From Lama guanicoe (Eukaryota): DNA of 64,000 bases. The translations under genes and the position numbers were made by a program. Below are positions 1 through 11,865 of this stretch, piece by piece. Numbering within the stretch: the first letter of the stretch is position 1; every line of letters begins with the position of its first letter. A model generated the notes under the pieces. It was given only the letters and a program-made list of their open reading frames with translations, did not search any database and was not told the DNA's origin. The DNA lies in assembly GCA_013239625.1 (NCBI GenBank), contig MU054575.1:557687-621686 (forward strand). The letters run 5' to 3'.

Positions 1-185
1 GGTCCCTGAGACGTCTGCGTCCTGACCTGTGAATGTGGGCTCTCATGTGGCGAAGGGGGCTTTGCAGGTGCGGCTAAGTGAAGGGTCTCAGTGCTGGGGG
101 TTATCCTGGGCTTCCCACTGGGTCCAAATGACCTTCAGAGGGAGGGGCAGGGGCAGAGGTTGAGGAGACGTGACTGCCGGGCCAG
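1..185 (+). mobile_element. MLT1-type (MaLR) LTR fragment
   Basis: acctgtgaatgtg...tggcgaagggggctttgcaggtgcggctaag...ttatcctggg resembles the remembered MLT1C/D 5' part. Confidence 0.7.
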
Positions 186-716
186 AGAGATGCGCTCTGC
201 TCCTGCCCGGGGCCTGGCCCCGTCTCCGCGGTTTACCCTCGTCTGTGTGCGGGGATGGGGCCCGGGGCCGTGCCTGGGAGTCGGCCCCAGGGTGGGGCTG
301 CCACCCTGGCTTCGTGGGCTCCACCTCCGGCACCCCCTTGAATGGGAGCGGAAACAGAGGCAGGGCAGTCCGTGCAGACTCCAGCCCTGGGGCCCCACGC
401 TCTGGTGACCCCCCCATTAAGGGGTGCAGGAGTCGGCACCCCTCCTTGGCTGGCTGGCAACTGTGCTTCAAGCGCAGGCGCCCTGCTCGGGGCCGCGAGC
501 TCTGAGCCCCCATGTGCAGCAGACGTGCCAGCGGCTGTCAGGATGCCCGCTGCGCCGGGGGAGCATCACCACTACATCTAGGACCTTTCTGTCTCCCAAA
601 CGAGACCCCTCCAGCCCCCGGGGGCACCAGGCCGCTTCCCGCCCTGTGGGTTTCCGATGTGGACATTTGATAGAAAAGTGGTCTCCAGGGTCTGGCTTCT
701 CAGCACAGTGTTCTAA

Positions 717-1106
<390 letters not shown>

Positions 1107-1564
1107 TGAGCTGCTCCTGGCACCCCCACCCACGGTGACCCTGTGCTGGAGCCCCCTGCTGGCTGGCCGCTGCGGGCTCACCCTAAGATGGGGACCAGGA
1201 GTGTGGGGGCCCCATACCCTGGCTTCTTCACTTGCTAGAACGTGACTGTCAGGCTGGGAGGGCCAGGGAAAGAGGGGATCCTGGGCTTGGCAGCCTGAGA
1301 GGGCTTCCTGGAGGAGGGAGCTTCTGAGCAGGGCGGGGAAGGACGGATAGGAGGAAGTGGGCACGAGGAGATGGGGATGTGATCTCCAGTGGCCTGTGCG
1401 TGACTCTGGTCTGAGTGGCTCCTGCCCTGGGTTATGGCCGGTACGTGGGTCCCTCAGGTGTCACAGTCACTGCCCCCGCCTCTGCCCTGAGTGCCCCGCC
1501 CCAGCCTCCTGATGCTTGCGAGCCTGGGCCCAAGTCCTCGTGGCAGGGCCCCGCGGCGGCCATG

Positions 1565-2720
1565 CCCATTTTATTCACGAGCAGGCGGCCGTACCTTTCC
1601 TTCATGCTTCTGGGTTTTGGTCCACAGGAGTCCCCCTGCCCGGGGTGCAGGGAAGTCCACCCACGATCTCTTGTAGCACGTGCCTGGGCTGACTGTGCGT
1701 TCTGAAGGGTTGCTGGCAGTTAGGAGTGTCCCGGCGTGCGGCTCGGAGCCACGCTTCCTCCAGCCTTCTGCTCTGCCGGCTACTGCAAAGTCTGCCTTTC
1801 CTCCCCGATCCGAGGAGCCGGTTGTACTGTACAGCAGCCATCCCGATGCCCCGCCTCCGCCCTGGGGTCCTCCCGCTCCGCCCACCGCTCCGGCCCTCGC
1901 TGCCTGGAGGGCGTCCGCGCTGAGACCTGCGTCACCCCGTGACGGGCTCTTCGCCCAGCTTTTCTGTCTCTGGGGGCCCGTTTTTGCTTGTTGGTTTTCC
2001 CCAGAGACCTCTGCAGCCAGCTTGTCGGCCTCCCAGAAAAAAACCTCATGGTATTTGATGCATGAACCTGGGAGACCGACCTCTCCCTGCTGTGGGGGCC
2101 TCCTGTCCGCAGTCACCGTGTGTCTGTCGGGAGCTTTGTGTTTCTGTAACGTAGGCTCTAGGCAGTTGCGGTTACTAACGTGACAGTAGCGATAGTTGCC
2201 CGGCGCCACCACAGATGGGGTCTTCCCTTCCGTTACGGTTTCTGGAGGTTTCCTTCGGTGTGTAGGAAAGCCGAGCACCGCGGGCGCGCGCGGCCGTGAC
2301 TCCGTCGGTTTTGTCACTGTTTGCGGGTCGTTGTCCCCCCTGGAAACCTTCAGAGGTTTCCGGACGTGGAATCACCGTGGCTTGGCGCGGCCTGGCGTGC
2401 TGGCCGGGCGGGGAGCCTGGCTCTGAGGCTCCCTCCGGCTGTAGCGGCCGGGTGCGGGGCGGCGGGGCTCGCCCGGCCCCTCCTGGAGGAGCGTGGCGGC
2501 CTCGGGCCCGAGGGGTGTGTGCGTCCTCGCGGCGGGAGTGCCTCACGAGGGTGTGAGTCCAGCGTGACGACGCGGACTTTTGTCGGGTGTCTTTCTTGCA
2601 CCCGTGGAGGTGGTTGATGGCCTCGATTTCCTGGGATAGCTGTCCTGGGTCCCAGCATTTTGTTTATTATGAGGCTCTGCTTTCTCATGTAAAAGTGGGG
2701 ACGTGCTTAATGGCAAAAAG
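1565..2720 (-). mobile_element. Highly degenerate, GC-enriched old L1 fragment
   Basis: Collinear traces of antisense L1 ORF2 (cagcttgtcggcctcccagaaaaaaacct...ggtatttgat; ccttcagaggtttccggacgtggaatcac) matching the clearer L1 copies at 14.6-15.1 kb and 22.9-23.4 kb. Confidence 0.5.
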
Positions 2721-3384
2721 CAGGGTGGCTGCCGTCCCAGCGAGAGGGATGGGCTTTTGGGGTCATGGGGGACTCCTGCCTCCTCCCCATCCCCTGGCCC
2801 TGGGGACCCGTGGAAGTAGTCCGGGTGCCAGCCAGGTCCGTGCCAAGGCCCCGGGGCTGCAGCTCCCCAGAGGAATGAACTCAGGTGGTGTGGTGGCCGC
2901 TACTGGCCTGGAGAGGAATGTCCCCAAGCCTCTGTTCTGGGCAGGCCCTGGGGCGGCTCGGCCCATCCCCCTGCAGGTGAGCTGCTTTGTCTGCCATGGG
3001 CGTCCCAGGTGCCCTCGCCTACCTTGTGTCTGCTTCCAAGGTGGGGACTGTCCCTCCTTCTGGCCAGCCTTCCTTACCCCCTGCCAGACCACAGGGGTGG
3101 GGAGTGGAGAAAGTTGGGGGGTGTCTGGCGCTCTGGGTTATCATACGGCCATCGGAGCCCCTGCCCGGACCCCAGGAAGCACGTGCACTCTGTGAGTTGC
3201 TCCTGGAGTCCTCTCCTTGTGGCCCCGGGCCCAAGCTCCGCATCCGGCTGAGAACGGTCTTCGGGAGGCAGCAGCTGGGAGGGGCTGGTAAGACGCTGGC
3301 AGGCTGGGCCCGACTCCAAGGCTGCCCTTTGACCAAATGTGTCAGTTGTGCTGGGCCCAAGGGCCTGGCCGGCCTCTCCCCGCA

Positions 3385-3737
3385 ACGTGAGTCTCCTCGG
3401 GCCGTAACGAAGTCCACAGACGGCGGCTCAAACAACAGGCAGTCACTGTCCGCAGTCCTGGAGGCTGGAATCCGAGGCCTAGGCGTGGGCAGGGCCGGCT
3501 CCTCCTGGAGCCTCTCTCCTCAGCGTGGAGACGGCCGTCTGCTCCCCGTGTCCTCACGTGGTCGTCGCTCTGCGTGTGTGTCTGTGTCCTGATGTCTTCT
3601 TGTAAGAACGCCAGGCCTGTGGGATTAGGACCCACGCTAGTGACCTCATTTTACCTACTCACCCAAGTGCAGTCACACTCTGGGGTGCTGGGGTTAGGGC
3701 TCCAACACATGACTTTGGGGGCACAGTTCAGCCATAA
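3385..3737 (-). mobile_element. MLT1-type solo LTR
   Basis: aaacaacagg...cagtcctggaggctggaatccgagg...ggattaggacccac...gacctcatttta...gtcacactctggggtgctggggttagggctccaacacatga. Confidence 0.85.
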
Positions 3738-4291
3738 GGCCCCCTGAGTGGCTTAGGGCAGTTCCTCCTCTGCTGGGAGGTTCACTCTGGGTTCTAAGTG
3801 GCTTCAACCACACTCAGCTCCGGGTTGACGTAAGGCACCCAGGGACCACCCTCCACCCCCAGGCCCTGCATCCCAGTCTGTCCACCTTGAGGGCCCTGAG
3901 TCAGGTGGCAGCTCAGGCAGGGCCTCTGGGTGCGGCTGGGAGAGTGGGAATCACCACTGATGTGTCCGTGGAGCCCCGGCCTGTGCTGAAGGTGGGGACC
4001 CCCAGGACAGCCCCGGGCTGGGGGGCGGACCCTGGCGGCCGCGGGCCCCCTCTGGTCTGGCCTCCACTCTCCCCTTGGACTGGCCAGGAGCACTTCCCCC
4101 CAGACGGCACTTCTCACGTTCAGACAGGGCTCCTGGCGGCAGAAGTCGCGGTGTGGTGTGGCCCAGAGCTGGGGGAGGTGGCTGAGGGCCCCGTCACACC
4201 CCGAAGCCCCCTTCCCAGCAGCCTCTTGCCCCCCCGCAGCTCTCCCTCCTTGGCACAGCCCCCAGCCACTGTCCTGGCATCTCTGAGGCCC

Positions 4292-4326
4292 GTGTGCCAC
4301 CTGGTGGCCATTTTCTGAACTGCGGG
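4292..4326 (-). promoter_or_regulatory. Candidate CTCF site (core plus upstream module)
   Basis: Minus strand reads CGCAGTTC-agaaaa-TGGCCACCAGGTGGCAC; perfect match to CCASYAGRKGGCRS. Confidence 0.6.
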
Positions 4327-5127
4327 CACAGTTCCCCCTGCTGATGTTGGGGGCTCAGCATGATTTGGGGAGGGGAGAGGGGGCAGGGCCATGATGGCTG
4401 TACCAGTGAACAGCTCCACTGCTCCACGCGGAGAGCCCACTCCTGTTTTTCCACCCCTTTGAGGGGAGAGGCCTTATGCCACCTCCCGTGTCCCCCATTT
4501 TCTCACACCAGTACCTCGCTGCCACCCTCACGTCCCCCCAGGAGCCCTCTCCACGCAGCAGCCATTGGTTGGGGCAGAGGTTGGGGGGCTTTCTAAAACC
4601 TACATCTGATCATCCTAGAAGCTCCCTGTGGCATTTAGAGGCCTCTCTCGGGCCCCCAAACTGCTGCCCACTCAGGCACCGGCCCCGCACTGCTGTCCCC
4701 CCACCCCACTCACGTCCTCCGCGCCAGCATACTGTTTGCTGACCCTTGGACACTCCTAGCTGCCCCGGGGTCTTGCATGTGCTCTGCTCCGGCCTGGTGG
4801 CTGCTCTGGCATGTCACAGGACCGGCTTCTCAACCGGTCCAGCCTCGACTGTGCGTCACTGCCTGAATGCACCCTTCCTGACCGCTGTCCACGGGGTCTC
4901 CGTCCCTCTGGGGCACCCTGCTCGTTCCCCAGCGGTCTGAGTGACCGGGGCTCCGCGGTGGGGGCAGGTCCAGCGCCTGTCCCTTTGCTTCATTCCACAC
5001 CCTGGGGGCGGGGACCCAGCGGCTGTGCCCACCTCAGAGGCCCACCCAGAATGGTGCCTCTGGGCTTTGGGCACCTCTGCTCGGAGCCTGTATGCCCAGA
5101 GCTGCCCCCATGGAACACCCCAAGTTG

Positions 5128-5175
5128 CTGTGTGGTCCTGGGCCTCAGTTTCCCCACCTGCAAAAATGGAGGGGG
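5128..5175. mobile_element. MIR core fragment
   Basis: ctgggcctcagtttccccacctgcaaaaatggag. Confidence 0.6.
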
Positions 5176-5768
5176 TGGGCAGGACGGCCTCAGACTTATC
5201 CTTTGAGGACCTTGCCAGGGTTCCAAGGGTTTCTAACTCACCGGCCTGTGGGGCCGGATCCTTTGAGGTGGGTTTGAGCTGGCTGTGTCCAGCTGCCTCT
5301 GGAGTCATGGCCATGGGGAGTGAGGGGCGCTGGGGATCCAAGGAGGAATGAGGCAGCCTCAGGCACGGCCTCCAGGGGCAGAGTTATGTCAGGGGTGGGG
5401 AAGGGAAGGAGGTAAGAGGTGAGGGGGGACTGGGGGATGTGTCTGCAGGGGTGCTGAGGGCTTCCTGGAGGAGGGAACGCCCTGAGAGGGGAAGGAGGAG
5501 GTAAGCGGGTGCGGGGGTGGGGGTGGCGGTGGCTGGGACAGGCAGGGGCCCCTCCTGCCGCTCCAGGTGGGCAGGGCAAGAGCAGGCCCTGGGGCTCTGG
5601 GTGCGGGTGGAAGGCAGGTGGGGGCTTTCTGGGGAGGCTGCGGGATGGGGGTGGGTGTCGACCCCAGGCACAGGGAGGCGTGGTGCGTGTGCGGGTGCGG
5701 GCAGTGGGCTGAAGAAGCCCAGACGTTGGCCGCCCCTGCCTGGGGTGGGAGACGCAGGGCGGGGCCAG

Positions 5769-5788
5769 GGGACACCAGGTGGCGCTGT
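5769..5788 (+). promoter_or_regulatory. Candidate CTCF site
   Basis: GGGACACCAGGTGGCGCTG; one mismatch to CCASYAGRKGGCRS. Confidence 0.5.
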
Positions 5789-6247
5789 TGTTAGCGGAAT
5801 CGCAGTGCCGCTGGCCGGGGCCCAGGGCGTGGAGCCCGGAGCCAGACCGCAGCCGGGAGCCCAGGAGGGGCCGAGCGCGGGATCGCACGGGTTCCGAGAG
5901 CAGCACGAGATTTAAATGGTGGAAAAAAGCCATTCGGAGCTGTGTTTTCCCGGAGAGCCCATATTTCTTCCCTTCTTTTCATGTGCCAGAAACCTGTTAT
6001 CTCGGCTCCGTGTGAGGGAGCCCCAGGGCGGCCTCCGAGGGATTAAGCGTTCTGCTGAACCAGGGATATTTGGGGGGCCTGAAGAAGCTGTTTGGGGAGG
6101 AATCCATGTCTGCCGCGGGGTCTGTCCCGGGGCTGTTAACGTGCCCGCGGGGGAGCTGAGCCTTGTTTGCGGTCTCCCAGGGAAGAGCCGCTCCCGGGGC
6201 TGCAGGGACGCCCCCGCCGGGCCCGGTGCCTGGATTCAGAGGAGGCC

Positions 6248-6380
6248 CGCGTGTGTGTGTCCGCGTGCCTGTGAGCGTGCAGTGTGCTTGTGTGTCCGCT
6301 CGTGCACATCGCCATGTGAACGCGTGTGCGTGTCCGTGTCCGTGTGTGTGCTCCGTGCCCGCGTTCTGTGTGCACACGCG
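6248..6380. repeat. Degenerate (TG/CG)n simple repeat
   Basis: cgcgtgtgtgtgtccgcgtgcctgtgagcgtgcagtgtg... Confidence 0.7.
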
Positions 6381-7521
6381 CCTTGGACGCGCTCTGGAGC
6401 TGGTGGCTCCTCCGCTCTCTCCGTGCCTTGCTGCTGTGGCCGAGCCCTGTCTCCCCACGGCCCCCTGGACAGGAGACCCTGGCTTGGCCCAGGTGAGGGG
6501 CTTGCTTTTGTCTCTGAAGTCTCAGGGCTGTTTTTCTTTTTCTTTTTCGAATCCCACACAAAGAGCGAGGCGCTCAAAAGCACGACACAAACACCGCGGG
6601 TTCCGTGCCTGCGGGTGGGGAGCATACCAGGGGCTGTCCTGCGATGCCTGCGGTTCGCAACCCCGCGAGCCGCGGACCGGAGGCCTAGGGGGTGAGGTCA
6701 TCGCTGCGGTTTCCTCCCCGATTCCGCCACCGTGACCGCCCTCCCGGCCGCTGGATCACCCAGCCTGGGGCTCCCGCTCCCCCAGCCCAGAGCAGGACTC
6801 TGGTTCTCTGGGCCTGTTTCCCAGGTGCAAGACGAGGCCCCACGGGGACTCTCTGGGCCCTCTTGGCGGCCCCCCATGTGGGTCCCACGTTTCCCTGGAG
6901 CGAGGTCCAGGCTCTGTCCTCAGGCCCCCGGCCCAGCTCACTCAGCCCAGGCCCCTGCAGACCCCTGTGTTTCCAGACCCTGCTCTCTACACCCTTTGAG
7001 TGCCAGTGCCGGCAGCAGTGCTAAGTCAGGGCCAGGACACGGAGCGCCTGCTGGTTGCACGTCCTCTGTGCGTCCTTCACTCGCATGGAGGGGATGAGAC
7101 TCGCTGTCACTCCTGCCCAAGGTCAGGGCACCAGCGGGTGCCCCAGGTTTTCCATTAACAGACCCCAAGGTCTTGTTTTCTCTGCAGCTGCCTCCCACTT
7201 GGGGTGCTGCTCTCTCAGCCTTCACCACGCTGCTTGGTGAACTCCTACCCATCTGACAAAGCCCCACCCGTGCACATTTGCTTCTGAGACATCTTCCTGC
7301 TCAGCCAGTGACATATCTGCTTTGTCCTCTGGACCTCAGGTTACTCTGGGGAGACCTTGTCTCCCCCGCCCCGCCGTGGGCCCTCGAGCTCCTTGGCCTC
7401 GGTCCCTGGTACATGGGAGCTGTGCTGTGAGCACGGGCTCCCTCTGCCTGGGCCTTCTCTGACGTCCTGCCTCAGAGTGTAGTCCACCTGCTTCTCCCAC
7501 CCTGGCAGGGTGTCCTCGCCT

Positions 7522-7600
7522 ACCTTTGTTCAGCCAGCAAATGTTTACCTGTGCTTATTACGCACCTTCTATGTGCCAGGGTCTGTGTGCCAACAGGACA
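7522..7600 (-). mobile_element. L2 3' end fragment
   Basis: tttgttcagccagcaaatgttta...gcaccttctatgtgccagg. Confidence 0.55.
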
Positions 7601-10600
7601 TGCATGGGCTTCGTGTCTGCAGCCCCAGGACCCTCACCGCAGGGCCCTGCATAAGAGAGGACCGGGTGCTGAGGCATGGGGGAGGGACCAACCCCCCACC
7701 AGGAGCCAGAGGGCAGTGGCTGCGCCGCCCTCCTGCCAGCACGTGTGTGTGCGCACGTGTGCCCCAGGCCACTGTCAGGCTGTTGCTTGAGTCGAGCGTC
7801 CTGCTTGGCCCTCTGCAGGGCAGGGGCTCTCAGCCGCCCCACCCCCGGCCCCGCACAGCCTCAGTCCACATTCCGGACGTTTCTGTGCGGCTCCTGGTTC
7901 AGGCAGGGAGAGGGACGGCGGTGCTGTTTGAAGCCGCGGCCTGGATTCTGCGTGTGCACCCGGGGATGCGGAGCGGCCCGTGCCTCCGGGCTGCAGGGGG
8001 TGCTTCTTGCTCACCCGCCCTGAGGCCCCGCTTGGTGCCGACCCCGGGGGGACAGGAGAGGGGGCTGCTGGCCCCCAGGACGAGGGAGGGGGTGAAGGTG
8101 GACGTGGGGTCTGGGCTGTCCTTGGGCAGGAGAGGAAGGGGCCCGCCTGGACAGTGCATGTCTGGTGGGGGCGGCCCGGTGCGCTCACACACTCCGCGCA
8201 GGTGGGCGGGGGAGACCCGGCAGGCCTGCAGCTCCCCCAGGTCTAGGTCGCCCCGGATGTCTCCACACGGGTCTGCAGGCAGAGGTTTAAGGGCCACCAA
8301 GCAGAACTTGAAGCTGCTGCCTCAAGGGGCCTTGGCTAATTCTCCAGAGCCCCCTTGCCAGCTGGCCGGGAACCCTGAGAATGAGACCCCCACCGCAGTG
8401 ATTCTGTGGACATTGACCCGAGCCACCTCTCAGCCCCCAAGCCAGGGGCCCAGGCCCTGCCCTGCCCTCACTGTGCTCAGCCCCTCGAGTTCCCTGGCAC
8501 CTACTGGGCCTTTCTGTCCGACCCACAGGCTACGTCCGAGTGTCACCCCTTCTCCAGGCGTCTGTGGCATGTTCTTCCCACGGAGCGTGGTTGGCGCGGT
8601 AGCGACCTGGAGTGGACTAGGCCTCCCTGCGGGGTCTCCTGGGTTGCAAGGGGCAACTGCTGCTGTCCCCGCTTTATAAAAGGGGCAGTCTCCTGGCCCC
8701 TACGGACATCCAAGCATGAGTAGGGGTGAGGCTGCAGGGCCCTCTGTGGGGCCCAGGGCAGTGGCGGGGCCGTCCCCACCACCAGGGACATAATGTACGC
8801 CAGGGTCCCCGTCCCTGGCTGGGGTGACAGGGGTCGGGCTGGCCGCGTTCCTGGCCTGGAGGCAGCTGCTTCTGAGGGGACAGCTGACGCTCCTTCACAC
8901 GGGGCTGCCCTCAGCCGAGAGCCGTGAAAACGGGAATCCTCAGCTGTAACCGGAACCTTCCGCGGGTGCGCGGGCCCTGTGGGTGGAGGGGGTCTGCCGG
9001 CGACTCGTCCTCTGGAACAAAGGCGCCCTCTGTGAAGCCCACACTCTGTCGAGGGCCGGGATTGTCATGTCAAGCTGGTTCAGAACAGGGAAGGGTGGGG
9101 TCGGGTGGCCTGGGCAGGACCTAGAGGAAACTGCAAAATGTTTGAAGCTTTCCCGAAAAACATGTAACCTGATCCCCTACAAGTGGTCTGAGAGTCAGGC
9201 CAGCGCCCCGGGGCCATGCTGGCCGGGCGGTTCTGTGCTCTGGAGCGTGTGCGGTGGTGGTGGGGGGCCACCTGGGATTAGGGGTCCTGGGGGTGTGCAG
9301 GGGGACATCCACCTGCAGCCCCCGGTCACCCGGGAAGCAGGGCGCCTTCTCCCTGTTGCTCCTCCACCAGAACCCCTCTCCCAAAACCCCACGTAGGCCA
9401 CCTGGATCCCAACTTCCCCCTGAAGGAGAGCGGAGGTGGCCCTTGGCTCCTGCCTGGCCGTGGGCCCTCTTGGGCCCCGGGGAGACAATGCAACCGCCAA
9501 GTGGAGGCCCCGGGGTCTGGGGTCCGAGAGCAGCCAGGGCCCAGCCCGCAGGGCTCTCCCAGCTCTGAGAACCACCGGGTCTGAGCCTGCTTCCATAGTG
9601 TTTCCTGTCTGATTTCAGGCTGTAAAGCTCTGTGATGCCAGGTGGGTGCTGGCATCTTGGCCTGGGAGCCTGGGGAGAGCCCCTGGCCAGCACCCTCTGT
9701 GCCCTGGGCTCTTTGAGTGTCTCCTAGACCCTCCCCCCGGAAGCCCATCCCCCGGGTCCGTGGACCCCTGGAGGGAGATGGGTGGCAATGACTGTCCTGC
9801 TGGTCAAGGAAGCGGGACCACTGGGGCATCCTCACCTCCATTGGGGCAGACCCCACGGCTGCTCCTGGCACCTGGGATGCGTGTGCGTGCATGTGTCTGT
9901 GCACACGTGCGCGCGCATGGGCGTCGGTTCCCGGTCTTCGTCCCAGCACGGCCAGATGCCTGGGTGGTCTCGTTCTCCAGCTCTGCCCACGGTTCCCTTT
10001 TCCCTTCTTCCCTCTTTTCAAAGATTCTGATGATTCAGCTCCAGGCTGGTGACCAGAGAGAGGCCTGCCCCAGTCAGGTGCAGGTGGGTGGGGATGAGGG
10101 GGCAACACCCGTCTGATTTCAGGTGGGGGGAGCGCAGCCCAGCCTCCCTCGTCAGCAGGAGGGCCTTTCGGGCCATGCGCCCCTCCCGTCCTTCCAGGAG
10201 GCATCGACCATGCAGGAACGGGGTCTGCCCTGCACCCAGGCCACCCGTCAGTGGCCCCAGAAGGAGGGCCCCCACTCTGCCCTCTGCCCTCCGTGGCTGT
10301 GGGTCTGGCTGAGGGGAGGCCGCTGCGTGCTTTCTCTCACGGCTCACCCTCCACAGCGCGGGGGCACTCATCAGCGTCTCCCTGAGGCCCAGGACAAAAG
10401 TCAGGCTCCGGGGCGGGGGCGCCTGCTGCGGGCCTGCGGCCCCTCCACACGGGGGCTTGGGGGATTAAGAGTGTGCCGCCCGTGGGACAGGTGTTTCCTT
10501 TATGCTCGGCCCGAGGGCTGGAAAGAAGCTTGTCATTAAGTGCCACATTCAGTGGGGTCTCGGCTCGGGGTGGCTGAGGGCGGGTTTTGTCAGCGCTTGT

Positions 10601-11719
10601 TTTTACATCTGACCCTGGCCAGCTGGAGCGCCTTGTTTTAAGCGCCGGGCAACAGCTGACATAACATAACGGGGATCGTGCTGAACAGGCAGCCGTGTCG
10701 CTGGGCGCGGGCGGGGGCCTGGCACCGGCACTCCACGTGGGGGCTCCGGGGGGCTGCCCTGGGGAAGGCGTCAGGGATAATAGGATGAGCCCGGCGGGGC
10801 CTCGTGGCCGTGGGGTGTGGCGCGGTGGGGTCCGCCAGCTGTCGCCCCCTCCCGCCCCCGGACGGGAGGGCTGGCGGAGTCGCTGGGCCGGGCGGGGGCC
10901 GGGGTTATGCAGGTGCCAGAATAATCTCCCCAGGACACTGCATTCAGATGGGCTATAATGTGCTCCTGCCCCCCACCCCCACAGGGTCACGCAGAATGGA
11001 AACCAGAGGCCCCGGCTGTGCGCCCATTGAAATGTGTCATTGTGCGCCTTCCCGGGCGAAGGTCGGGGCTGGTGCAGCCCTGCGGGGTCGGTGCACCTAG
11101 GCGCCCCCCAGACCCCTGCCTGCCTCACTGAACTGACTTCCTGCATTTCCTGTCTCCCCAAGTGTGGTGGGCGGGCTCACCTGGCGGGGTGAGTGGAAGG
11201 GGGCGCCGTGGGGGACCGTGGGCGAGAGATGCCCTTGACCGGGGCCAGCCCTGTGTGTCCCGCACACTGCCTGTCAGCTCCTTCGGGGCCTCTGGGTGGA
11301 CTTGATGGCAGTTGTGAGGGCAGAGGAGGCCCACAGAGACCATCTGCACGGTCACAGGAATCGGGGGCAATGGTCCCTCTCCAAACAGGGGTCTCTCCTG
11401 CCAGCGCAGGTCCCCCTGCCGGGCTTCTGGCCACCCAGAAGGCGAGCCCCAGCCTCAGGCCTTCCCAGCTTCACTTCCCCATGGCTGGTGGCTGTGAGAA
11501 GCAGACCCTCAGCCCAAAGCTTGAGGCAGGGGCGTCATATTTGCATTTTCAGGCGAAGGCGGCCACCCCGGGCTGTGAAAAGCTCCCTGTGCCGACATGC
11601 TCACCAGGGTGGCCTCGAGCCGGAGGTGCCATTTTCCCAGCTTGGCCAAGGCTGAGGGTGGACGAAGAAGCCTCTTCCCACTCATGCCCCGTCCAGCCAG
11701 ACACCTCGCTGAAGGGCAG

Positions 11720-11865
11720 GCATGCCCAGGCGCACACAGACACAGACACAGTCCATGAGATCACGCAGACCCACAGGGGCACGCGCACACACATAGACAC
11801 ACTCACGTGGCGTGCACACTCAGGCACACACGTGTCTGCCTGCACACGTGCACACAAGCATGCTC
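11720..11865. repeat. Degenerate (CA)n simple repeat
   Basis: cgcacacagacacagacaca...cacacatagacacactcacg. Confidence 0.7.

Noticed and set aside
2342-2361. Perfect hairpin GGAAACCT-TCAG-AGGTTTCC
   Set aside because: An 8-bp stem inside decayed L1; plausible by chance and too short for a miRNA precursor.
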